DNA of 64,000 nt, from NCBI GenBank assembly GCA_036172245.1, contig JAYWIR010000035.1, positions 806,001 to 870,000 on the forward strand. The letters run 5' to 3'. Under the pieces are notes generated by a model. The model saw nothing but the letters and a program-made list of their open reading frames with translations, had not been told where the DNA came from and ran no database searches. Shown piece after piece: positions 50,687-62,485 of this stretch. Source of the stretch: Raillietiella orientalis. Its lineage: Eukaryota. Each line of letters begins with the position of its first letter. Position 1 is the stretch's first letter. The translations under genes were made by a program, and so were the position numbers.

Positions 50687-53600
50687 TCATTTGCAACTGC
50701 TATCTTCCGTGACTTTGTAGTTGATGGAGAATCCTCCTTTGTCGTTATCGGAGGTCGTGTCCGTCACAAAACGCATGTAGTAGGGTCCAGGTGCGGAATC
50801 TGATCGGGAACTGCACGCAGTTTTCGATTTCCACTTACTTTTAATTTCCGTCACCGGGGGCGCTTGATCGTTCTTCTTGTAGAACCCTTCCACCGAGCCG
50901 CAAAATGGCGTCGTAGCATCGCTGTTGGGAATCCACAAGAAGTCCGTGGGATTCTTCGAAGGGTCCAAGGTCTGGTCTCCTCTTTGGCAATTAGTTTCGG
51001 ATTTGTCCAGAAAGATGCCCTCGGTGCTGCCTGTTGTGTAGCGGATGCAACGGGTGTTCGGGCTGCGTCTTATGCAAATGACGTAATTCTGATCCTGAAC
51101 GTAAGACGCTGAGCCCATGGCGCCGCCGTAGTTGAAACTTGTGATCTTGCCTTGCATCTCCGTGAAATACTGCAAGCATCCGGCAGGGGCTTCGGAAAGG
51201 AATCCCACCGACTCCCCTTCCGATTGCTTACCTTTGCTTTCTGGATTCTCCAAGCAGTTTATCTGGATAATCCTGATGTTCCAGAGATGACCCTGCCTCC
51301 TGGGAAGAGAGCGCAAGATAGGAACGATCGTAGATCTTCTCTGGTCACGGTACTGGTCCAGGTGGATGTACACTGAAGGAAGCACAACATGCCAGAGAAA
51401 AGAGATCATTTATCGAAGAGCGGTTTCTCTCCCCGCCGCTCCACGGATCACGAGCTGCAAGGGACCAGAGCGACGGGAACAGTTGGGTTTCTCTATCTGT
51501 GTTCTCGAGGGTAGTCCAGAAAGCGCGCGCTTTTCTCAGAGCACCCGGCGAAAACTGCTCTTGCGTCTGCTGCTGGGATGCCGGAGTGCAAGGGTCTGGG
51601 AGAGAATGGAGAGATCGAGATCAAGTGGAGCGGAGGATTCCTCCGGAAGGCTCGAGATGCCATCTGGAAGGGAAGCAGTAACGTGCAACACAGGTTCGCG
51701 TTGCTCTAACACGAGATCAGGCCACAGAGAAGTGACCCTGGGTACTGCATGTGCTTTTGCGGGTCGTCGGCGTCATAAGAAGGTGGTCAGTTTCGCGGCA
51801 TCCACCGGAGATCTAGTGTTTGTGTTGGTAGAAGGAACAGGGGGGCCGTTTTGATGTTCGCCTAGGAAGGCTACGGGCCGTCCGAATGAAGCTGACTGTG
51901 GTGCGCTCCCCCGCAGGCAAGGAGTGCCTTCCGGTCGAGTGACCGCCGCGAACCGGAGGGAGACCTCGAGAGCAGGTGGCGGCATCCCTGGGCAATCGAG
52001 TGCCAAAGCCATAGATCCCCCGGGAATGCTGCGTTTTCGAGACTCCCCACTTCCGGGTGGCGTTGCTCAAAATCTGGGAGTCGATGGGGCACGCACTCGT
52101 CATCCCGTTCCGCCTGCGAGACGCCTCTCCAGCAAAAGGGGGCAGCTGAATTGTGCAACGGAAAGCAGGATAAAGAAGAGGAGGAGGAGGATTCTCTTGA
52201 GGGTGCAACAAGAAGGAAGGGGGAAGATCGGAAGAACGCAGGGGCAATGCGGTGCAGAACCGCTCCCTGGAAGTTACCCTGGGACGAAAGCCCCGGGAGC
52301 TCCGGGAACGAATCTTGCAGGAGAAAGGCGCTCGAGCGCGGGAGGAGCAAACCTGGAGAGAGAGGTGAACCCGCCCCGCTTCGCCCTCCGCTCCTGTGGG
52401 AGGCGAGCCGCAGACCTTGGCAACGGGAAGCCTCTCGTAAGGCGGAAGCGGAAGAGAACTTCCTCAGAGCTGGAGAGGGGAGTACCGGACTCGTGTCGCA
52501 GCCTGAGGTGCGGGAAGGGAGAGCGTTCCCCGGGTCTCGGCATTCACCGTGGATGGAGAGGTCAGAGCTCCTCGTCCGCTGCTGTCGCCTTGGCAGTGGG
52601 CGAGAAGAGCTAAAGGCAACCGTGGATAGAGGCGGGCCGAGTCTCCTGCGACTCCTTTCCCCCCTCTCCACTTCTCTCCCGTGTCCGGCTCGATATCTCC
52701 AGATCCAGATGTCCGAAGCCGTATCTCTGTGCCCTTCCCACGTCCCCTCGCGTGGCAGGCGCGAGGGACTGGGGTTTTCTCTTCCTACCTCCCCCCCTCG
52801 TTTCTATAGAAACTCACTGTGTTGCCTGTTCAGCTTCCCGCAGAATCTGCTGATGCCCAGGGGACTCGCGGTGTTGCTGAAGATCTCCAGGTTTTCGTCG
52901 GGGCTGCACTTCCCTTTCACGGGCTGCTCCAGGTCCAGCTGCACGAACTCGAACCTAGGAATTTCCTTCTTTGAGGAGGAGGAAGAGGAGAAAGGGGAGG
53001 AAGTGAACCACGCCTCCCCCGTTCCTTCTCCTCGCCAGAAGAAGAAGAAGAGGAGGAGGAAGAAGAACTGCGTTCTCTTCACGGCGCGAGGCGAGGCGAG
53101 GCCACGAAGCAGACGGAGCGTCTCGAAGGGAAAGCAGCTGGGAATAAGGCTCGGCGCTTTCATCGGCGCTACCATGGCGAGGGAAGCGAGTCCATCTTTC
53201 TCGCCCACTCAGAGCAAATCCTTCGCTTTTTTGCATCTGCTTTCCGAGGGCTTCGTCGCAGGCCGTGGGGGAGCAGGGAGAGGGGACGGGCGATTCTTGA
53301 GGCACATCGCCGCGGGCAATCGAAGTAGGACCGTGGGAGGCATCGACTCGTGGAGCCTCTGAGGTCGTCACATGCACGCTCCGGGTCGCTGGCGCGCGCG
53401 TGTAACAGGGGGCCGGAAAGGGTGGGTAGGGGGGAAGAAGCACGTGGCTGTGCCTGGGGAAGGCCGAGTTTTCGAGAGCTCCGCGATGGGGTAGTGACGC
53501 GGGAGGGAAGAGGGGGCGGCGCAGCTGCTCGCCTGCCCACTCTTCCCGACCTCCCTCCTCCTCTCTGACTTTCATCTGCGTCCGCGCCGCAGATGGCGCA

Positions 53601-56600
53601 TTCAGCCAGGAGTTGTGCGCATCCCGGGCTGCCTCAGGGATGATCTTCCTCCTTGCGGTTCGTCCTGCCTCAAAGAGGGGGCGGCATTGCGCGCTACCCC
53701 TTCGCTCTCCCTCCCTGCCTCGGAGGGTGCATGCACGGGAGCGGGAGGGAGGCGCCCTCACAAGGGGAGGAAGGGAGAGAGAGATCCAGAGGCTTCTCTA
53801 CAGTAGGAAGGGAAAGGGCAGGAGAAAGAGAGAAGCTCGGAAGCGATCCTTCCTTACACCCCAGGGTCTCCCTCATTAGTTTCCTTCGGGAGATCAGGGG
53901 GTCTCGTCCGCAGCGGTCGCCTCGGCAGAGGGTGAGAGGAGCTGCCGGCGGAGGGAGGCCGACTCCCGACCCCGCATCAGAGGAGGAAGTTCCGGGGGCG
54001 CAGGCGGCGACCGCCAGCAGCAGCGTTCCTTGAATCGGATGGGGGGATCACGTGGTCGTGCAGTTGCTTCATCTTCCCTCCCCCACAGCGCTACGGGGAG
54101 AAATGCACTGCGGTGCAAGCAAGGTATCCTGGACCCGGGGCTCCGGCCCTCGCCTGCCTACCCGCGAGGAATCCTTCTCGCGCGCCGCAGCGGTGAAAAG
54201 GGGATGGGAAGCACAGAGAGGGAGGTGAGCAGGGAGATGCCACGGGGCAAATAGGGTTCGGCCCCTCATCCTCCCCCAGGCGGCCCGGGAGTGGCTTCCG
54301 GCATTCCTCTCTCGGAAGAAAGCTCCGTTCCTTCGTTAAGGGACGAAAGGGGGGAACCGACAGAGGAAAGGAGATCCCACCGACTTACCTGATCTGGCAC
54401 GTGTTGCTGCTAGCCGGGTTCAAGGTCAGTATGCACATGCCGTTGTTCTTGTCGAACGAAGGGTAGCTAGGATTTACGAACGAAACGATCCGCTCCTTCG
54501 TGATGTCCCCGCAGCTTCTCCGGTCTGCAACACACGCGCGCGAGGGTCACCTTCCGTCTCTCTTCCCCCTCTCATCCCTTCCTCCCCGCCTCATCCCGCC
54601 CTCGGTCGGGAGCTCTCTGACTCCCCTTCTTGGGCGGAAGGCTAGGGAAGAAGGGACGCTGCGCCTCCTTCTTTCTGGGGGGCGCAGTGCCCACCGAAAT
54701 CCTTTTTAACCCCCTAACCCGCTCCTCTCAGCCTCCCTGGCAAAGCTCCTCCGAGCCCGGAGCCGTGGTTTGAGCACAAGCACGACCGCTACTCGACCTG
54801 CCCTGCTTCCCCACCATTTTCGCAGTGGGGAACGAGGTTGGAGTGGGGGCTGGCGGGAAAAGCATCCAGGGACTCAAGGCTCCCTCCGCTACTTTTAGGA
54901 GAGACAAGGGGTTGTCCGCCCCCCTTCTGGAAATAGCAGCGAGGGATAGAATTTTCCCGGAAGCGAAAAACCTCCTCCGGGAAGATCCTGCCCTTTCTCC
55001 CTAGGGAAGGCGCATCCTCCGGAAAAATCTTGCCTCTTCCTCCCTGGGAAAGAGGTCGCCGTCCGTGCTACCCGCTCGTGCGCGCGCCGCGCGCGATGCT
55101 GGAGGCGCGTGCAGGCAGCATCGGCAGAGTGCGGAGGGAGGATGGGCGCACGCTCCCTGCGGTCCCCTCAACCTGCCCCCCGGCGTGCAACTGGCTCAGC
55201 ACGTTCCTATTGCTGTGCCGACCCCTGCGAGACAGCGCGCACGCTCAGCGCGTGCTCTGGAACACGCTCTGCACCAGCAGAAGCTTTCTCTCCGGAGAAG
55301 GGAGGGGTCTCCCACCCGCGGAGTTCCTTGAGACCGGGATCACCGGGCCTTTGGACAAACCTGTGACCTCCCTCTCCCGGAGACGCAGCCTTCCTTCCGC
55401 GGAGGCCTTTCTCCCACGGCGCCTTATGTCCTCTCACTCCTCCCGGGAAGGTTCTCTTCCCACGACGGGGGACCGCCGCAGTGCAGGGACGGCCGGAATA
55501 GACCCATCACGAGATCAGGAACTGCTTCTGCACCTGCATCCCGAGGGCAGAGGTTCCAAACCCGAGTGCAAGGAGATCCAAGAGATCGCCGCGTTCAGGA
55601 CGGCTGCCGTCGTCTGCGCAGCAGGTTCTGGGGTGAACGCCTTCAACCTTTGCCTTTTGGTGCCTGTTTGGTCCTCAGGCGGCGAAGAGTCCTCCGTATG
55701 GTCCGTTCGAGCTGCTCTGCGGTGCGGAGGACAGTGGAGACCCCGGACGCGAGGAGGATGGCTGGCTTCTGTGCGACCTTGCATGGGGCACGCGGGAGCA
55801 AGTGATGGCGGGAAGGTCCCCTGCCTTCGGATTGCGCCACCACTGTCCTTCAATACTCCTGGGATTTACTCTTCGACTTGTGGCGTTGCTGCCTTCCGCC
55901 GATGCGTTCGACAATGACCTTTGACTGCCAGCATCGGCCTGCCACCTCAGGTCGACCTAGAGACCTCGAATTCGAGAAGGGACAGGAGTGAGCTACCCAG
56001 ATGCTGCTCGGGGAGGATGCGCCGAAGGAGCTCGGGGAGGGTGGAGGAAAGTGTGGAGACCACGGATGGCGGCGGCAAGCTTGGGGGGGAGGGCCGCAGA
56101 CGTCCACGAAGGGACAAGGACGCACGTGGGTGTGTCACCGATCCGAGAGCCTTTCAGCAGCGGAGGCGCGTAGGGCTGGGATCTCCACCGGGAAGCAGAG
56201 GAGGGAGTTCGGAGCACCGGAGTGGCATCTCCCTGACCATCTGGATTGCGGCATCGCGGAAGTCAGGGACGCCGCGCCGCCTGATCCGTACGGGGGACCC
56301 TACTTACACAGGCAGCAGACTCCGTACCCATAGGCGCACCTTCCCAGTGAAACTCCAGCGCTTCTAGAACACTCCTTCTGGGTGAGGCAAATGCCGGTGT
56401 CAGCGTTCACGGTGCAGTTGGTGTTCGGGAACCGGACAAAGCCCAGAAGGGGGAACACTGCAACGGAAGAGAAGACTCCATTTCTCCTTCCTTTCTCTTC
56501 GCTGGCTGCGAGCGCGCGTGCAAGTCGCTCCTGCCCTCCACGTGGAAGACGTTCCAGGGAGTAAGGAAGCGGAGGAGGGCAGCAGCAAAGGGTGAAGGAG

Positions 56601-59600
56601 GGCAGCAGCAAAGGGTCTCCCTCGAAAGTTCCCGGTCTCCCCTCAAACCCCAAGTTGGGCTCGAGGCTCCGCAGTCCGCCTCCTTCCCGCGAGGGTCAGC
56701 CGCTCGCCGGTCGAACTTCCTGGGCGGGGACGCCACAGCAAAGCGGCCGCACGACGGAGACCCGCGGCTGGAAGGTGGAGCTGCCCTCTGTAACGGGGAG
56801 AGGGGTGGGGAGGGGGGTGGAAGAGAGACCGCGCACAACCACCCTCGCGTCCGCAGACCGCCACGGATCCCGTGGATTGACGGGACCGGAGAGGCGGACG
56901 ACGGATTTGCCACTCCCATGCGCCTGCTCCCGTTTCTCTCCGCCAGCACCTTCATGGGCGACTCCATAGGGAGTTCAACCGACCACGTTCCCCTCCGGCG
57001 ATGCCTGGCGCACATCATCCCTCCATGTCCACTCGGTCCGCATGGAACTGTCCCTTTCTCGTTGCTGCTAGCACTTGGTGTGCTGTATTGAGAGGGAAGG
57101 AGAACGCGTCCAGCGTCTGCTCAAGGGATCATATAGAGGGGGGGGGGGGGTCAGAGTTCTTGGCGATAAGCATCGGCGCCCTCAAAGGAAAACGTAGTTC
57201 CAAGCCATCGGATCCTTCATTGTCCATTGATCTTCCCTCTTGGAAGCGGATGCCTCGTTGCCAAGCCCGAGTCTGCGAGTTCCTGGAGCTGATGGCTGCG
57301 CGACTCGCTCCGAGCCAGCGTCCTTCTTCGAGAGTTCGTTCCCGCGTTTCCGGAAGCGGTGAGTAAGGAATCGGAAAGCGTAAACACCGCTCTCTCCGGT
57401 GGCTGCCAAGGAAAACGCCTCGGCGAGGCAAGGCGGCGGTGGTGCCTGCATCCACGTCCCATGCTCCATCTACCTCGGGTGAGGAAACGAAGCGCAGCTT
57501 GCGGCGTCTCATGATCTTCCGTGTTTCGGAGTCGTCCGGGAGGCTGGACCAGGGAACGCTTGCGCGCTTACGCCTCTGCTCAGGGAAGCTCTCGCGTTGC
57601 TGCCCCAGCCACAGGACAGCGAACTGGTGGTTGACTGGCATCCGGATGGACTAGAACGAACCAGGAGAGGCACACAAGTGCTGCCATCTAGCGCGGAACC
57701 TTTAGTAGCGGAGGCGATCACTGGCGTCTTCAGGCTGCTTGAAAGGAGAGCGACACTACTCGGACCTTCCTGCAAAAAGATGAGCGATCCTGGTCGAGCG
57801 CAATGCGAATCAGGATTTGCATCTCCGATTTATCAGCACCATTTTTTTTTTCTGGGACTCCTCTTGTCTATTCTCCCCCTCCGTGTTGGAATTATCTGCG
57901 TTCTTTCGTGCTTTGGTGCACCTATCCCTGAACAATGGCCGACGTGACACACACGATGAGAATGCGAGGTGCTCAACACAAAGAACACGGAGACAGCCAT
58001 GAAGAGATCGCCAAAATCGACCTCTAGATGGTCTGCTTCCCGACAACGTCCGCTTGCCGAAGCTCATGAGAATCTGGCCTCCGAAGAAATCAGTAGCTCA
58101 GGTTTCCGTGTTTACTGGGATTAAAATGGATCTGGGATGTGCTCTGAGAGCGCAGAAAGTCGACAAACTAAAAAAGGGTGAGCGAAGAGGGAAGATAGGA
58201 GAAGGGCGACAACTCAGTGTCAAAACGAAGTCCGTAATGCGAGACTACGGTGCTTCTGGTTGAGCGGATGGCTGCTGTTCTTGAGAAGTGGATCACCTTG
58301 CCGAAAGACCGTGAAGGGGAACAGAACGTAAAAGTGCAGTCTCTCACAGGAGAAACGAGAGAGACTGGGAAGGGAAGCGATCACCAGAGAGTTCAGAGCG
58401 AGGCGGAGCAGGCCCGAAGAAAACAGTCGCCCAAGTCATCGCGGTGAAAAGGTCTGTGCCTCCGTGGAGCTGAAGGGTGGCGTCGGAGGGACTCTCTCCA
58501 AGAGCAAACATCCCCGTCTTCTCGAAAACCGCAGCTTGTCAGGCCGAAAGGTTGGCAAAGAGCCTAGAGGGAGGAACTCTGAGATGAAAAAACGAAATTC
58601 CTGAAAACCGACTCTGCAGAAGGGTGTGCATTTCAGTGGGATCCATGGGATCTTGGCAACTTTCCTGAGTTAGTTCTCAGAAGAGCCTGCTCTCAACCGG
58701 CCCGTGTCCCCCTTCCTCGCAAGAGTAGCGAAACAGGCGCCTTCTCACGTGGCAGAGGGGTCGAGACATGTGGTCTGGACCGCACGACGACTTCAACGTA
58801 AACTGTACAACCACCGCGCTCCCGCGCGGTCCACTCCTGCTCGTGAGTCAGCTCTCTGCCACCGACGGACTCAAAGAGCAGGGTGAGGTAGATAAGGAGA
58901 GGGGGAAGCGAACGGCGAGAATTGAAAGCGAAAACTCGAGATTCCTCAGCCCTGGAGAAAATTTTCGCGCTCATATGATAAAAGGGAAGAGTTGGGCCCC
59001 ACAGAACGGGACGTTCATGAATTCGGGGAGCTGGGAAAGATTCCCAGGCCGTTTCCATAGAAACGAGGTGGGAATTTCCATAGAAATCGCTTCTCGGCCT
59101 TTTGGCTAAGATCAAAGTGTAGAAACGAGGCCTGGAAGCTCTAGACGCGCAAAAATGCGGCGAGCCAGTATAAGAACCGGAAATGGGCAAGGTTAGGTGT
59201 GACCAACAGTTTAGAGGATGGGGCACGATAGGTTCTCACGTTGCGACTTGAGTTGTGAGATCAGACGTCTCTCCAGAAAGGGAGGAGAAGGAAGAGGATG
59301 GGGATGCTATCTGGAAGCTTGCTGAGCATTTGTCGTGACCGGAGATTTACCCCGGATCTTCCGAGGGAGCGAATGGTTTCATCTCCGTGCAAAGACTTCC
59401 CTGTGACGGGTGCAGGATGGGTCTTCTGCTTCCCCCCCTGAAGGGAGTCGACATTTCTGACAGCGGCTTGCATCTTCCAGACTTACGCAGAGGAACCGAA
59501 ATTCACGCTTTTCTTGCACTTGCTCGCTCTAACCGCCCTCTTCAACTAAGAGGAAAAGGTGCGCAGCTGAGTGATCGCGTCTCTCGGAGACCCAGCGAGA

Positions 59601-62485
59601 TTCCTACCGCCATCCGTTCCGCTTATGTGCTTTCCACGTGTCTTGCGCAGTGGACACGGAGAGCAGTTCACATTCCACCTCCCCTGGTGGAAAGACTTCC
59701 ACGGAACGTGGATTGCTGAGGTGAGGGGTTCGTCCAAGGACTTTAGAGGGACCGTCCACTGATGACACATGGGAAAGGGTCTTTTTCTCTTTGGGTGCGC
59801 CTGCTTTGACGCCTGCTCCTGGTTTTTTGATGCTCCGCTCGAATGGCTCCTTTCAGTCTTCCCGGCGTTCGAACTCTTTGCGACCAACTTGTCAACCTCC
59901 AGCTTCCTCTTCCGTGCCAGAAATTCCCTCCCCTCACACTCCCTCAGGACCCTCGAGATTTCAGCTCTTCCCTCTAAGAGCTGAGGAGATGTTTCACAGA
60001 AGGACGGCATCTCTGTGGCGCCGCCTTCCTGCCCATTTCCCTTCTCACTCGCGCTCAGACTCCAATGGACCGAACGAACCAGCCTCAGGTTCGTTCGGTC
60101 CACTCTTGTCCAGGGGCCGGCTGGCATGGTCTGCTCCCGGCGCCAAAGAGTCGGTAGTGCCACCTGGCTGAAGTAGTTCTTCCAGGTCACCGGCTCGAAA
60201 GGACGGGAAGAGCGGCATCTTCCGACGTTGCCTCCGGCAGCTCCTCTGCGAAAGCGCCTTCCCGCGCAAACTATTCGCTCCGGACATCCGGCTGCAAGAC
60301 CCTCCTCTGAGCATCACCGAGAGTAACCCAAGCTCAGAACTGCCGGTCGGTGCGCCTCCCTGAGGTGAGCGCGAGGACGCCTTCTCTTTCCTGCTCAACG
60401 GACGGCCTCGGACCATGTGAAAAATTTCTTCTGGAGAGAGAAAAAGACCGTGTGTTCCCAGAACGGAGGAGAGCCCCGCAACACAGGGATGTGCAGAACT
60501 CACGCGCACGCGGGTGCCAAAAAAAAAAAGAAACCCGAGGTGACATGAGCGCAGATGCTGGGAGCTCCTTCGGGTGCATCCTGCGAGAGTCGGATGTTGA
60601 CGTCGAAGTGAGACAGCAGACAGGTTCTGCAGAAGGGAAGGTCGGCAGACGCGAAGAAGAGGTCTCCGTGCGTGTGCACTCCAGCGCAGTCGGTTCAGCG
60701 AGCGGATGTCGCGCCCTGCTTTGCACCTTCGAGTTCCTTTGAAAGGAAAGGAAAGAAGAAAAGGGAAAAAAGATGAGAGAAAAGACGCAGAGCACTAGGA
60801 TCTCAGCATTGGACTGATGGATCGCTTGATTCATGTGCATCTGCTTTCTAAGATTACAAGTACGCCTGACTTTTTCCTATGAGTTCAACTTGAGGGAACT
60901 TGCGCGACCACGAGGGCTGTTCTCAGGGAGATCCATCGCTGCGACTAGTTGGCGTCGCTCTTCGTGGGTTGGCTTGTTCATCCTCCTCTGCTCAGGTGCT
61001 TTCGCTTCAGCTTGCGCCAGTCTCCACTTCATCTGCAGCATCCATAGGATGTTCAGGTGTTACTCCATCTGATTTCCCGAGCTACGTTGTGCCTCTGGTG
61101 ACTGCAAGGATGCTTCGAGACGAACAGCTCTGCAACCTTCCCTGTCTCCGCTTTCTCTGACGGCTTTCCTCGGAGGAGCTCTTTGATCTTTGATCCTCTC
61201 TTGCAGCTTGCCGTTTTTAGGCCGAACGGACACGCACGCCTCCTCCTCTGTGTTCCTGAGGGTGTGAGCACTTGAGGTCATGGGCGTGGCCCCGACTAGG
61301 GACAAATGGAACTCGCGGAACTAGAGAGCGTCAAGACACCGGAGCGGCTCCAAGTAGTCCACTTCGGTCCTTCTAGACCTCTAAAGTTTTCTTTGGCCTC
61401 TTGGGTTGAGGGTGTTTTTTTTGCGATCACCTTCTTCTGCATCTCTCCCGTCTTTCTGGAACTTCATACTTCCGACAACCAGGAGCAAAGGAAAATGCTG
61501 GAGTGTAGCGTGCCAATCTCAGGTAGCTCTCGCGCCACAGACACCTCTTCCCTCCTCCCTCCACCCTCATTTCACTTACGCAAGGCCTTTTCGCAAAAAG
61601 AGATTTCGCATCTTTCTCTCGCGAATCGTCTTTGCTTTCGTGCCTCGAAAGAGACTCTCAAGGTGACTTCTGCACCTTCCTGAAGACCGAAAAATCAAAG
61701 GATTTCGCTATGGAAACGCTTTCGTTTGCTCAATGCTCCAACGTAACTGTTTCTTATCCACGCGGTCACGGCGCGACGCAGGGCAGGGAGATGGACTGCT
61801 ACAACCAAAGTTCCTGGAAAGGACGATCCAACTTCCTCGTGTTGCAGAAGGAATGACACTCAGATGTGCAAGCCAGGCTGAGGCTGAGGCTCGTGCTGAA
61901 GAGTGGAGGTGAAGGAAACGTTCTTTTCGTACGGTCTGAGGAAGGACGGCCGGCAACCATGATCACGGAAGCAGGTGCTGTAGACCAGACATTAGAGACT
62001 GGGGGATCGGTCTCTTCCTGCGCTGGCTTTATACGACTTTTGCCTCTGCCGGGTGTACTCCCCGTGCTCCTCAACTCCGCCGTTTCCCCTCGAAATCCTC
62101 TTGGAAGGTACGCAAGCGGAGGACGCGAGCGGCAGATCTTCGTTCATCCAGCCCGTGGAAGGGTTGGATAAACGGAGATCTATCTGAACTCTGAATTCTA
62201 CTTCTTCTACCGGATTCGAGAAAGTCTGCTTTGGATCAGCGACACAGGGCGCACAGCGGACCGAAAGGATTCCCCCGGAAGTCTCCGCGTCTGTTTCGCG
62301 CGCGCGCACGACAACCTCAAAGCGACAGGTGGGATGGGGAACAAGATCACACTGCTCTTCCCTGAGCTGTACTCACGTTTCGGGCTTCTCCCTCGGCCAG
62401 TGACTCTTGTGGTGTTGGAAATAACGGAAGAACCTATCAATTCGAAAGCTGCTACTGCTACCAGCACAAAAATCGACAAATACAT
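50687..62485 (-). CDS. Secreted cysteine-rich CUB-domain protein of the arthropod-expanded family, about 378 aa, 7 exons
   Basis: Exons 62485-62377, 56457-56308, 54524-54389, 52954-52818, 51372-51232, 51189-50839 and 50799-50687; all GT-AG, phases chain correctly (1137 nt). Signal peptide MYLSIFVLVAVAAFELIG, then RSPKLFPLLGFVRFPNTNC...GICLTQKEC...GRCAYGYGVCC, SCG...FVNPSYP...CQIRFEF...FCGKLNRQHMYI, WNIRIIQINC..APAGCLQYF..GKITSFNY..QNYVICIR and FVTD...GFSINY. This is the recognisable architecture of arthropod CUB proteins. Confidence 0.9.
56573..56616. repeat. Tandem duplication of a 21-nt unit (period 23)
   Basis: AGGAGGGCAGCAGCAAAGGGT-ga-AGGAGGGCAGCAGCAAAGGGT, about 115 nt into CUB intron 1 from the exon 2 acceptor. 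Confidence 0.85.
59086..59122 (+). pseudogene. RNU2: 3'-truncated U2 snRNA fragment (nt 1-37)
   Basis: ATCGCTTCTCGGCCTTTTGGCTAAGATCAAAGTGTAG matches the conserved 5' end of metazoan U2 snRNA from nt 1 into the GUAGUA branch-point-pairing region. The sequence then continues AAACGAGG instead of TATCTGTTC. No Sm site or 3' U2 stem-loops follow. Flanked by short direct repeats. Confidence 0.9.
60066..60102. repeat. Perfect 15-bp inverted repeat with 7-nt loop
   Basis: TGGACCGAACGAACC-agcctca-GGTTCGTTCGGTCCA; exact reverse-complement arms, inside CUB intron 1. Confidence 0.9.

Noticed and set aside
51871..55917. ORFs of 230-400 aa inside the CUB gene span
   Set aside because: They lie in GC-rich introns or antisense to the CUB exons and are low complexity. 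Only the short embedded exon segments are protein-like.
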